Of a stretch of DNA of 64,000 nt, positions 24,536-36,863 are shown piece after piece. The stretch comes from Octopus bimaculoides (Eukaryota): NCBI RefSeq assembly GCF_001194135.2, contig NC_068992.1, forward strand, positions 64,668,635 to 64,732,634, written 5' to 3'. The notes below the pieces were generated by a model, which was given only the letters and a program-made list of their open reading frames with translations, did not search any database and was not told the DNA's origin. Every line of letters begins with the position of its first letter. Within the stretch, counting starts at the first letter, position 1. The position numbers were made by a program, and so were the translations under genes.

Positions 24536-27500
24536 TATAGTTAACTGAAAGCTAAGATATTTAATGTAATAGTCAAAACCAAATCGATCATCATTCAAAA
24601 TTACTAATGTGATTAAAAAAATTAATTAGTTTTATGATAAATGCTGTCAAAATTGAGAGAGACAATTGCAAGAATAAAATGGACAAAAAAATTGGAGAAA
24701 TGCCATAGGAAAAGAGTCGGGTAAGTTTGGGTGATAACTCTAGATATGTTCCGTTCTTATTAGACCTCTTCATTGCACTATGACACAATACCATGAGAAA
24801 ATGTACAAACTTTGCTTACATTCATTTGGAGGGAAATGAGGAAGTCTCTAAAAAAAGAAGGAGAAAACTGTAAGGCCTTCTCCTATCATTCACTTGTTTT
24901 CTATCACAGAATTATTACATGACTTGGAAAAATTTCAATATGATTTTCAAAGTTCATAATGACAAATTTATTTCGCTAAATTCTTCATTATTTTCAAAGT
25001 AGATTTGAACAAAGAAGATTTTTTGGATAGAAATATTATAAGATTAGTGTTAAACTCATTCATACATTCTTGGTACAGTTATTAAACTGTCAATCAAATT
25101 TAGACTTGAATTTCAATAAAAGATTCCTTACTGTTATAAAAATCTTGTCTGAGAGGCATTAGCTAACATCCATAGCTNNNNNNNNNNNNNNNNNNNNNNN
25201 NNNNNNNNNNNNNNNNNNNNNNNNNNNNNNNNNNNNNNNNNNNNNNNNNNNNNNNNNNNNNNNNNNNNNNNNNNNNNNNNNNNNNNNNNNNNNNNNNNNN
25301 NNNNNNNNNNNNNNNNNNNNNNNNNNNNNNNNNNNNNNNNNNNNNNNNNNNNNNNNNNNNNNNNNNNNNNNNNNNNNNNNNNNNNNNNNNNNNNNNNNNN
25401 NNNNNNNNNNNNNNNNNNNNNNNNNNNNNNNNNNNNNNNNNNNNNNNNNNNNNNNNNNNNNNNNNNNNNNNNNNNNNNNNNNNNNNNNNNNNNNNNNNNN
25501 NNNNNNNNNNNNNNNNNNNNNNNNNNNNNNNNNNNNNNNNNNNNNNNNNNNNNNNNNNNNNNNNNNNNNNNNNNNNNNNNNNNNNNNNNNNNNNNNNNNN
25601 NNNNNAAAAAAAAAAAAAAAAAAAATATCTGTGAAATACTGAAACATTATTATTGACTTGGAAAGACCGATGCTGTTTCTCCATGAACTTGGTGGCACCA
25701 TTCAATCAAGAAGAAATTCTTGGACAAAAGACATAGCTAGCTGATGACAAGATCAAATGATGAATAGATATCATCATCACCATCACCAACACCATCATCA
25801 TCATCATCATTTGGATGTTCCCTTTTTCCATACTTGCACCAGCTGAGTAATGGTACAGCTTTCTATTTAACTCCAGCTGTCATGTCCTGAATATATCGAT
25901 GAGTCCAAGAGTCAAAAGGAGTCTACATTTTCTTAGGACTTCATCAACACTGAAAATGGTTAATTAATGAAATCATGGTATCTGTTACCACGAGCTATTT
26001 GTATATGGGTGACAGTTGGCTCGTTAACCATTTACCATCTTTCCTCAGACATATTGCAATGGAATGACTGGAATAAATATTCTTTTCAGTCTAATAAAAA
26101 GACAGAACACCAAGAAAACAATGACATGAAGAACTCCAACTTGCTTTAAAGAATTTTTTACCATTTCCTTCCTGAAAAGTTGTTTTCTAAATGAAAAATA
26201 CCAGCTCCACCTCAATATTCACAAAAGATTTTTCTCCGCCAAGAAAATGAAATAGAATTTCTATCACTATACTTCTTCCCTCATTATAGCACAATTCTTT
26301 TACTTGCTTCAATCATTGGACTGCAGCCATGCGGGAGTACTGCCTTGAAAGCTTAAAATGAAGAAATGAAGCCCAGTTGTGAACACATGGGGCAAGTCAA
26401 GGTGTGGGAAAGAAACAGTAGGACACACACACACACAAATGCAAGCTTAAAGATTTTAAAATCATTTTAACTTATGAAACATGACAGTTTGTTCTGCCAC
26501 TCTCCCACCCCACACACCATCCACTATGAATCTTAAATATTCCATCACCTGAAACTCTGCAATGGAAAGTTCAAATGATTTTATCCTGGATTCTGGGACA
26601 TTATCAAAGAATTCACTTCCTAACTGGATTTCTTCTCAGTTGGCTGTTCACTACATTATACACCCAACCATTTTATGTTTGTGTATATGTGATGTTTGTG
26701 TATATGTGATGAAAATATGTGTGTATGTCTGTCTCTGTATGTGTGCATGTGTGCCTTCATTTCTACTGATGTTGATGTCTGACATTTAAAATTCACAATA
26801 TTTAAACAAGACATGTTCCCGTATACCGCATACCTTCTGTTATTAGACTAAATTCTATCACCATGTGATTCTCAGTTCCGCTTTCTTTTGTTGCTTTGAA
26901 TTTATACACTGACTCACCATGCTTCAAACTTATCTGAAATGATAGATTTGAAATATTATTTACACAACTCAGCTGTTTGAGTATTGATTTTGAGTTCCTT
27001 CAGTTCTTTATTAAGGTGTTGATCTTATTCGTCCTAGCACTCTCTATTTGTCTTTACGTTTTGTAGGGGAGAGACATTAAATTCTTTCCATCCCCCTCCA
27101 ATAATATTTATATCAGTTCAATATATAGATTCTACTGCTTGACTCTTCTCCTGTTCAGAAATATCCATCAAACATGTGATTAGCATTTTTGATCCTAATT
27201 CACTCTTAATGTCGTAAACCACTCATCCGTGAACCGCTTGAAAATGCACCTCATCACTAGGGACACAAACTAGTGGCACAGGATATGACTCGTATCATTG
27301 AAATCCATCGATTAGAAAGAAAGTTATTATGTTCTGAACACACCTACCCATTCTTACTCTGTTTTGGCCAAATCCTTCTTTGAACAGGGAGTTAAAACAC
27401 CAGAGAACTGTAGATGAGCATAAGATTTAAGAGAATGGCTCTCCATGCGACACTAATGGTAGGACATGGATTTAGCAGTGCAGAGCAATAGAACAGTCAA

Positions 27501-27996
27501 CAATTATACACAGCTCCCACTGCATACAGTGGTAAGATGTAGCACTTAGGGGTACCTATTCACAGTAAGGTGGACTAAACTAGTGAGACTTAAACAGCAC
27601 TGGAGATGAAGTTTTGATTATTTATGTGAAAAGTGACACTTTGTGAAGGAAGAGTTTACTTTGAAACAAGTAACACCTTCATCATCAATATTATCACCAT
27701 CTCCACCACCACAACTGCCACCATCATCATCATCATCATCATCAGATGGGAGGTTTGGGGGAATAAAGGAGGGAAGAAAGAAAAAATTAACCACAAGGTT
27801 GTGAAAAAAGACAACCCAGACTTGAAAGGTAATAGGATGGGTTATTTAGTGGTGGAGGGGAAGGTCTATAAATATTTTCAGAAAAGATTTTCAAGTTGGC
27901 TCTACTAGTATTTTGAACCCAGTCATTTTGAAATCTCAAATTCACTAACATACATCATTGGATATTTTAAAATGGGTTAATAAAATATTTTTTTAC

Positions 27997-28223
27997 TTCA
28001 TTGATTTTGAAAGGTTTATCCATAAAATGCAGTTTTAAGCCTGTTACTTTATCATCTTCATACGTCTTCAAATGGAAATTATCAACACAGTTAGATTTAT
28101 GTTCACAGTGATTTCGCCAAATTAAACCTTTAGAGAAAGAAGATAGTGTGTCTTGAATTATTTCTACAGCGAAAGTTTGCTCATGTTCTTCAGGAGAACT
28201 AATTCTCAGATACCAATTTTTAC
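27997..28223 (-). CDS. Uncharacterised putative secreted protein, exon 7 (227 bp)
   Basis: SKNWYLRISSPEEHEQTFAVEIIQDTLSSFSKGLIWRNHCEHKSNCVDNFHLKTYEDDKVTGLKLHFMDKPFKINE; TTTCTTTATTGCAG acceptor, GTAAAA donor, phases 1/0. Confidence 0.8.
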
Positions 28224-28277
28224 CTGCAATAAAGAAAAAAATGAATTATTTTCTCAGTATGCGAGTGTGTGTGTGTA

Positions 28278-28332
<55 letters not shown>

Positions 28333-28567
28333 AGAGAGAGAGAGAGAGAAGGAGGGAGAGAGCAATAACAAAATGGAGGGGATAAATAGGTGGTATTTAT
28401 CAACTTTTAGACATTATATTATGTCAATTTATTTATTTACTAAAAGGACAATTATAACAATATACATACATGTATGACATATAATGCTTTACATATATAA
28501 TATATAAAGTATAAAATATTAGTAATTATTAAAATATATAACATAGACCAATAGAAATTGGGATAAT

Positions 28568-28691
28568 ATCTTACAGCTGTTTCAACCAAGAGGCAATAAT
28601 ACCTCATTCTACTTTTATCCCTCCAGTGGACTGAAGTAACTAGTAGATGAAATTGAGGTACTTGGGTGTTTCTCTAGGCTTAGTCAGAGAT
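28568..28691 (-). ncRNA. Minimal type I hammerhead-like motif with a mutated core (CUGACUA)
   Basis: ATCT-CTGACTA-AGCCTAGAG...CTCTTGGTT-GAAAC-AGCT-GTA-AGAT; stems I and II pair. Confidence 0.5.
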
Positions 28692-29100
28692 TTTAGAAAG
28701 TACATAGGGTCAAGTTACAAATATAAATACACACATATGTACATAATTTTACATATACATACATATACATAAATATACATAAATACATATACCTACACAT
28801 AAATGTACATGCATATGTGTATGTATATGCATACAAATGAATCAATTATGATTATTATTATTAGATGCATTATATTATTCATATTAGATAAAATATAAAC
28901 AGAGGTATGAGAAAGTTATTATAAGAGGAGTAATATTGTAATTTATAAAATCAATATATCTTAAAATTATTTTAGTTATGTAAGAATGAAACTGTGTGTA
29001 CATGAGGAATATACATACATATACGCACATACATATATATTTCCATACAAACATACTAATAGGTGTGTGTGAATGGTTTCGTTGTTCAATAAAATCTTAC

Positions 29101-29194
29101 TTTGCAGTAGTTTGCATGAATATTTAGCTGAGACTGTCTTGTATAGGTTAGTACAACCATATTCTTCTCCAGTAAGTATACTTGTCAGGGCAAG
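29101..29194 (-). CDS. Uncharacterised putative secreted protein, exon 6 (94 bp)
   Basis: LALTSILTGEEYGCTNLYKTVSAKYSCKLLQ; TTTTTCAG acceptor, GTAAG donor, phases 0/1; the other two frames are closed. Confidence 0.8.
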
Positions 29195-29318
29195 CTGAAA
29201 AATTATGAAACAATTCACTTTAAGTTAATTACTTTTATTATATATTTAAATTAATGCAAACACTTACATTGATATAAGGGCAGTCCTTGTCATTTTGAAC
29301 TTCATTTTTATCATTAAT

Positions 29319-30385
29319 CATCATCCTCGTTTAACGTCCGCTTTCCATGCTAGTATGGGTTGGACGATTTGACTGAGGACTGGTGAACCAGATGGCTACA
29401 CCAGGCTCCAATCTGATTTGGCAGAGTTTCTACAGCTGGATGCCCTTCCTAACACCAACCACACCGAGAGGGTAGTGGGTGCTTTTACGTGCCACGGCAT
29501 GAAGGCTAGTCAGGCAGTACTGGCAACAGCCACACTCAAAATGGTGTCTTTTATGTGCCACCTGCACAGGAGTCAGTCCAGTGGCACTGGTAATGACCTC
29601 GCTCGAATGTCTTTTCACGTGCTACCGGCACAAGTGCCAGTAAGGCGACGCTGGTAATGATCACGCACAAATGGTGCTATGTACGTGCCACTGGAACGGA
29701 AGCCAGGCAGCTGCTCTGGCAACGATCACGCTCGGATGGTGCTCTTAGCGATCCACTGGCACAGGTGCCATCATGATTTTGCTTTCACTTGCCCCAAAGG
29801 TCTTCGCAAGCAGAGTTTAGTGTCCAATGAAAGAGATGTTAGCATGGGTGCCAGTCGTCGAATTTAGTTCGATTTCGATTTCACTTGCCTCAACAGGTCT
29901 TCACAAGTGGAGTTTAGTGTCCAATGAAGGAAAAGTACGCATAAGTGGGCTGGCTACTCCCCTGGCGGAGGCCTTGGATTTAGGTCTCACTTGGCTTGCC
30001 GGGTCTTCTCACGCACAGCACATTTCCAAAGGTGTCGGTCAGAAGTCATTGCCTCGGTGAGGCCCAATGTTCGAAGGTCGTGCTTCACCACCTAATCCCA
30101 GGTCTTCTTGGGTCTACCTCTTCCACAGGTTCCCTCAACTGCTAGGGTGTGGCACTTTTTCACACAGCTACCCTCATCCATTCTCACCACATGACCATAC
30201 CAGCACAATCGTCTCTCTTGCACACCACAACTGATGCTTCTCAGGCCCAACTTTTCTCTCAAGGCACTTACACTCTGTCGAGTATGCACACTGACATTAC
30301 ACATCCAGTGGAGCATACTGGCTTCATTTCTTGCGAGCTTACACATGTCCTCAGCAGTCATGGCCCATGTTTTACTGCCATATAT
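29319..30385 (-). mobile_element. 5'-truncated RTE retrotransposon (ORF2 C-terminus, 3' UTR with tandem units, (GAT)n tail)
   Basis: YGSKTWAMT...RRLCWYGHVVRMDEGSCVKKC...GRGRPKKTWD, typical of the RTE ORF2 C-terminus. Confidence 0.9.
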
Positions 30386-30824
30386 AGTGATCAATAAAAA
30401 TCCTCACATCTTCCATCTCTCTCATTAATCATATATATATATATATATATCATCATCATCATCATCATCATCGTTTAACGTCCGCTTTCCATGCTAGCAA
30501 CACACACATATATAAACAGAAAAACACAAATGTACATTTGCATACACACACATATGTGTGCAAGTACGTACACAGTGACATACAGAGAATAACTCCATTT
30601 AATGTGGGAAACCTCTGACTGGTTGACTTGCTAGAAATAAGTGCCAAATCTCTTTTAAATCACATCCCACTGTCTTAGAGAAGAAGGACACACTGAATAA
30701 AGCCTTTCGGTGATGTTCATGGCTGGAATGTCTTTCTTTCTTGATCCAATCAAGCGAGCCCAACCAGGACTTTGATAACGACACAAAAATAGAACAGAAA
30801 AGATAAAAAACACAGAATTCTTAC

Positions 30825-30910
30825 TTTGAGAATGTCAAAAGCGTTGTTGGTGTCATTGAAGTATATATCAGCCTTATTTGTTCTTATATTTCCAATATTG
30901 GTAAAACCAG
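30825..30910 (-). CDS. Uncharacterised putative secreted protein, exon 5 (86 bp)
   Basis: SGFTNIGNIRTNKADIYFNDTNNAFDILK; TAG acceptor, GTAAG donor, phases 1/0. Confidence 0.75.
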
Positions 30911-32416
30911 CTAATGTGGGAATGTACGCTAGCTTTCTTAATATTACATGATGTGAAGAATATCTTCCACTGCCATACACTCCAAGAGTTACCTTTATTA
31001 ACATTATCTTACTTATTTGTCTGGGTTGTGAGGTTAATTCTACTTTCCACATCGAAGCTAAAAAAGAAAGAAGAAAATAATATAAAAAAACAAACAGTCA
31101 AAAAGATGGTAGAGTAGTTGTGAGACATTAACAAATGAAATGTGCTGAAAGAAAAGAAGAAAAATTGGAATTACTTGGCATTTTAAGATCCAAGCTATTC
31201 CTCAAAGGATGGTGACTGAAATATTTCTTGGAATAATTTTGTTGAAATACAATGTCTTCGTCTCAATTAATTTAGAGAATGACGAAGCATTTATTAAATA
31301 ACTCTGGAATTTTAATGAAGGGTTTTCCATGTAGACCACTTTAAAACAAAGAATTGATATTAGGGAAGTAGGGGCCATCTTTGGCAGGTTGGCACCAAAA
31401 TGGTTCAGAAGTAAATGAATGGTAGCTGTTAATATTTGTAATCATATTAAATTCAATGATTTAAATAATGAATAGGAGAAAGAATTATCATTAACAATAT
31501 TTATTACTAACATTAAACACTTTCGATATATATGTAACAATTTATTGTATGTTTTGTATGTAAATCAAACAAAATGTGAACTTGTAAAAGGTGAGAGCTG
31601 CAATATCTCATATAAATAAAATCAGAATTGCCTTTTAATAGTGAGAATAATTTCTTAGAGAGAAAGTGGGGGAGTAAAAATAATATTTAATGAAACAATA
31701 TTCATCCAAGATCTAAAATTACAAGGTGTCCCAGCTACAATACGAATGGTCTCTACGGAGGGCTTAATTCTAAGGCTTTTGTAAGCCTGCTGAAACTTCA
31801 TCATCATCATTGTTTAACATCCATTGTCCATGCTGGTAACATGGAAGGCTGCACCAAACTCCAGTCTGATTTGGCATAGTTTTCTGCAGCTGGATGCCTT
31901 TCCTAATGCTAACCACTCTAAGAGTCTAATGGTTGCTTTTATGTCCCACCGGCACAGGTGCCATTTGCGTGACACCAGTATGTGCCACGACTGTGATTTT
32001 ACTTGACTTGATGGTTCTTCTTCTCAAGTACAACATAATGCCAAAGGTCTTGATCATGGCAGAATGTAGTGTTTAGTTTTAGATCTTTGGTTTGGGAAAT
32101 GGATTTGGTGTCAGGAAGATTTATCTGTTGAAAGTAACATCAACAGCATGGAACATTTAGAATTCATCCTGCTCCCTCTCTTTATTATCAATAACATCTG
32201 GTAAAAGCCACACAGGTAACAAGACAGAACTATTTCATTGTTTCTTTTAAGATTATATGAGAAATACTTTTTATCAACTTACCATTTACCAATAAACATT
32301 CATGGTAAGAAAGGTGAGAAAATGGAGTATGAAGATAAATACAGGAATACGTTTCGGAAGTTTTCATATTCTTCAGTTTGATCTAAATTAAAATAACAAA
32401 AAACAAACAAAATTAC

Positions 32417-32698
32417 ATCTCCAGGAATTACATGGGTTTACACAGGTGTCACATTTGTCCTGGATCCAGTAATAATAAAGAGTTTTACTTACATCTGTGT
32501 CCAGATTAAATTTTCCTTTTGTCAATAACTTTATTTTTAATGGTGTATATGTTTCCATAGGTAGAAAGAATGATTTTTTTGATGTTTTAGAATTTTCTCT
32601 AAATGGTACTCTTATTTTAACATAAGGTGCTAACTCTAAAAAAAGCTCATAATTGCCATATGCCTTCTCACGTTTAACTTCAATGGTCCAGTGTGTCC
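32417..32698 (-). CDS. Uncharacterised putative secreted protein, exon 4 (282 bp; an alternative donor gives 267 bp)
   Basis: WTHWTIEVKREKAYGNYELFLELAPYVKIRVPF...YYYWIQDKCDTCVNPCNSWR; TTTTCTAG acceptor; two in-phase GTAATT donors. Confidence 0.75.
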
Positions 32699-33214
32699 CT
32701 AGAAAAGTAAGAGACAATAAACACGTGTCATCATCAGGGACAACAAAATTTCAAAATTAATAAACATAAAAGAATCATCATCTTGTAAGGAGGTTGGATA
32801 TAAAATCAAATCTTTAGAATATGATTGGAAAACATTTAGTTTTTCTGCTCTTCAACCATAGATTTATTACATTTCTTTTCATTTGTAATTTATTTAGATT
32901 TATTGATTTCTATATCAAACAACAGAAGGAGAGGCTTTAAAAACTTTAAATAGTCACACATATGAGAAGGTACCACTAAATGTAGAATAATGTGTCTTTC
33001 CTGGGGATTGAAAGGCAACAATAGGATTTGAACTCATAATATTGATCTTTGCAGTTGAGCTCACTAATATTACAGTCACTATGCTTCCTTGTGCATTTTG
33101 TAGGGTGTGGAGGTTGTACAAAAGAAAACAATTCCTTGAGGAATTAAAAGAGAGAAAAAAAAAAAAACAGTAAAAGAACAAATAATGAAGAACAGTTCTG
33201 AGGCAAAATCTTAC

Positions 33215-33302
33215 AATTTGCTAATGTCAATTCAGATCCGCTGCATGGTGTTTGGCACAGAACACCATACACTTCCTGAAGATCCTGATTTTGGACAATT
33301 GC
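33215..33302 (-). CDS. Uncharacterised putative secreted protein, exon 3 (88 bp)
   Basis: AIVQNQDLQEVYGVLCQTPCSGSELTLAN; TATTTTAG acceptor, GTAAG donor, phases 0/1. Confidence 0.7.
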
Positions 33303-33994
33303 CTAAAATAGAAGTACATCAGTGAAGGATTTTAAAATAATTTCATGATGATGATGCTGGGAATGATGATGGTGGTGGTGGTGGAGGTGAGGGGGTGATG
33401 ATGTTAGTGGTGGTGGTGGTAGTGGTGGTGATGTTGGTGATGGTTGTGTTGGTGAGGATGTCCATGGTGAGAGTGATGATGACGATAATGATGATGATGG
33501 GGATGATGATGATAATGACAGTAAAACATTTGTAGCGAGACCAAATGAAAACAGCAAAAATATATGTGTTAAAAATTTCAGTTGATCTATTCGGCACAGG
33601 GTGGATGGAACTATGCAAATTGTGGAATACACCCAACAGTGTTTTGAGTTGAAATATAGTTGGTTCAGTCAAAAGTTCAAATGCAGCTGGGGGGTTGAAA
33701 TGGGAAATAAAAGTTATTTCCAGATGTTTTCTCGGAGGAACTAAAGTTAGCGTAAATATAATTTATTTATGCCATTCATTGTTCACCATTACACTAAGGT
33801 CTTCTTGACCCCCCCCCCCCNNNNNNNNNNNNNNNNNNNNNNNAAAATATTGTGAAATTTAATTGGAACATTCTGCATATAAAACACATTAATTACCTGT
33901 TTCAGCTTATTTCTTTTAAAATACCAAAATACCATAATTCTTGATGAAACAGGTGTAATAAAATCTGTGTGTGTGTGTGTTTATTTTAATTTAC

Positions 33995-34191
33995 CTTGAA
34001 CTCAAAAGACGGACCAACTTTAATAACTTGTGGTCTTGTTTCGTTATCCAAGTTAATTTCAGTTTTGCAGCAGTCCTCCATATTTGCACATGGTATGTTT
34101 TTATATTTATCCTTGTTCAAAGTAACGTGAACTGGATTACTATGTACCTCAGTGAAACAAACTTGTACATCCCATTTTCTGGCCTGGGTAT
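33995..34191 (-). CDS. Uncharacterised putative secreted protein, exon 2 (197 bp)
   Basis: YTQARKWDVQVCFTEVHSNPVHVTLNKDKYKNIPCANMEDCCKTEINLDNETRPQVIKVGPSFEFK; TTTGTCAG acceptor, AAG/GTAAAT donor, phases 1/0. Confidence 0.8.
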
Positions 34192-35153
34192 CTGACAAAT
34201 AATTTGAAAAAAAAGAAAAATGTTTGTCAATTATTTTTAAAACATCTTAAAAATATTTATACTGTGAATAGTTATTCTATTCTTCTCCTCTCTAGGCTCC
34301 AATATACTCAGCTGAAAAAAAAGGTACCAGCACTAGATTGGTACTTATTTTCAGGTGTGACATGAAAAGAATCCCCTTGTTCAAGGATGCAATGCATCGC
34401 CCTGTCTAAGAATTGAACCCATGAACCTATGTTTGTGAACCCAACATCTTGAGCCTTCACAAAGGTTAAATAATAATAAAGAAATAGCATGAAATTGGTT
34501 TGTTATTATGAAATTAAATAGATTTTAGTTCAATAAAGTAATTGTGATTTAGAGTAAAAATTGTAATTTTGGCAGAAAGCACTTTTTTGTGTTGGGGTGG
34601 GGTGAAGAATGTTCTGTCATCATAGAACCTCACAAAGAATGGTGCAAACAAACTCCCTTTAAATGGGAAAACCAAGTTCAAATGACTGCAGTACAGGAAT
34701 TCTGCAATAGCATTAAACTTTTAGCTACCATATTTCTGTTGAAATGCACTGCCAATTAATTTTGGAAGTTGTGAAGAATTCATTGAAATAACTTTGTCAT
34801 TATGAAGCTAATGAGATTTTGATGGAAGCTTTTACTTCACATCATTTTAAAACAGAGAATGTCTATGATTCAACCAGGAGTGACGTTATTATGCAGTTTG
34901 GGGTCAAAAAGATTAAACCAAGTGACAGATAAAGTCAACCATCCAAGAACAGGAACAGAAATGAACTCTACAACAAGCTACCACAGAATCCTCAACTATC
35001 CAGTTCCACTCTTTAGACTTTAGCTGACCTGAGGCTGTTGCACAAGCCCCTAATCCAAGGTACCATACAGTAGAAACTGACCTGAAAACAAACCTCTTCA
35101 TCATACACAGCCATACATAATGATTGCAGAAATAAATAAATAAGAGAACTTAC

Positions 35154-35208
35154 AAAGGAAATGAGGTAAAACAAGGAATGAAATACTCCAATAGGAAAGA
35201 ACCAGCAT
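35154..35208 (-). CDS. Uncharacterised putative secreted protein, probable first coding exon (signal-peptide-like)
   Basis: GCCATG then MLVLSYWSISFLVLPHFL, GTAAGT donor in phase 1. The frame stays open upstream to an acceptor near 35305, so the true start may lie further 5'. Confidence 0.55.
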
Positions 35209-35679
35209 GGCAGTGGATGGAACGAATTGGATGTTCTTGACAAATGGTAACTTTCCTTTTATTCTTGAAATCTTTTCTAAACACTCAGTGTTGATTAGAC
35301 TTTTCTAAATGTTTGTAGACAGGAATATTATTAATTTCTTTACTTTCTTCTGTTTAAATGTATTTACAAACTGTAAAGAAAAAGAATAACATTTTTGGGA
35401 CTTCAAATTTCTAGGTTGTTTTTTTGTTTTTTTAATAAATCAACAGAACTGAAAGTCTGACAGAGATCATCATCATCATCATCATCATCATCGTTTAACG
35501 TCCGCTTTCCATGCTAGCATGAGTTGGACGAGCGAGATCTGGGGATATATTTTTTTAATGTTTGGACAATTGGATTTTAGCTTTTATAACATATCTGGCA
35601 GTTATAACGAAGCTTTTTATAACTGAATAATAGATAGAAACATACATATATAGAATATATTACACTAATTATTTTTTGC

Positions 35680-36010
35680 TTTTGAACTCGGGTCAAACAC
35701 TATAGTTTAGAGGCCAGGGACTGACGATGTGTGACGATGTGAATGTTCCGAGTCCTCTCCCCACCCCGCCTTTCGCGAGAGCGCATTTTTTTTTCATATT
35801 CGTTCAGAGCAAGTTGTTTAACATCTATTACACTATTTTTCTTTTGTTTCTTGGCTCCGGTGAGACGTCTCGGAACATTCACGATGTGAATGTTCCAATG
35901 TTCTGAGCCCTCTCCCCCCCCGTTCGCGAGCGCGCATTTTTTTTCTTCATATTCGTTCCCAGCAAGTTTTTATTTTTAAATTTTTTGTTACCGGGTCAAA
36001 CGCTTTAGTT
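35680..36010 (+). repeat. Tandem ~150-bp units of a dispersed repeat family (possibly a non-autonomous Helitron)
   Basis: ACGATGTGAATGTTCC...GCGCATTTTTTTT...CATATTCGTT occurs twice and CGGGTCAAAC at about 35689 and 35993; a related copy lies inverted at 37808-38630. Confidence 0.6.
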
Positions 36011-36863
36011 TAACCGTTAATTCATGTTATATATATATATATATGCGTTTGTTTGTGTGTGTGTGTGTATGCATACATGTGCATGTACGTATGCATATGT
36101 GTACATGTGTATGTATGTATGTATGTATGTGAGTATTTGGGTACGTGTGTTGACTTATCTGCGTGTGTATATGTAAACGTATGTTTATGTACTGATATGT
36201 TCAAGTTGTGTATATAACTGTTACTCTGTCGAAGGGTCAATGTCTTACATACACACATGCAAAGATAAACCTACCTATGCATTCGTACAAGCACACACAA
36301 TCATATAAATGCGTACACACATACATATACGTATAATTTTACAGTATACACATATATACATTTATTCATCTATAAATGTCTATTTTCACATACAACGTTT
36401 AAAGACAAATACACACATACGTACGTACATGCGTATGTACATGCATATACACGCATACATACACAGACGTATATATATCATGAATTAACTGCTACTTTGT
36501 CAGTTGCAGCTCCAAGTTCAATCAATGAACAGGTCGCAGGCTTACAAACATCTTCCACATCTCTTTTGGGATTACCGTTGTTTTTTGAACTATTATACAA
36601 CTTTTGCTATTTTCCGGGTCTTCTGGACACATTGCCTGCTTAGGCAGGTTCGTTTTTTTTTTGTGCGAATTCTCCCTGTATAAAATTTTTTACACAATCA
36701 GTACAACATGGAAGTTGACGTCTCCCAACATGTAATTCCAGACTTCTTGGAGGAATTGTGCAGACAAATGTTACCCTCCCTCCCATTTTGCCAAACGAAG
36801 GAAGAGAAAAACATACCAGAGAATGGTAAAACCGACTTCCGAATTGAAACACAGAATGGTAAT

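Noticed and set aside
26540-26640. Coding-looking stretch EEIQLGSEFFDNVPESRIKSFELSIAEFQ on the minus strand
   Set aside because: There is an in-frame TGA just upstream and no adequate polypyrimidine acceptor; the gene model closes without it.
29480-29780. Regularly spaced ~65-bp repeats resembling a CRISPR array
   Set aside because: Eukaryotic context; these are degenerate tandem units of the RTE 3' UTR with no unique spacers and no cas genes.
32970-33215. In-frame T|GA formed at exon 3 junctions as a possible selenocysteine codon
   Set aside because: Direct splicing to the 32698 exon gives TGG and an open frame, and I found no SECIS-like element or redox motif.
34500-34710. Open frame FLYCSHLNLVFPFKGSLFAPFF as an extra exon of the unnamed gene
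   Set aside because: Its strong donor is phase 0 but exon 2 needs phase 1, no bridging exon was found, and it abuts a dispersed repeat.
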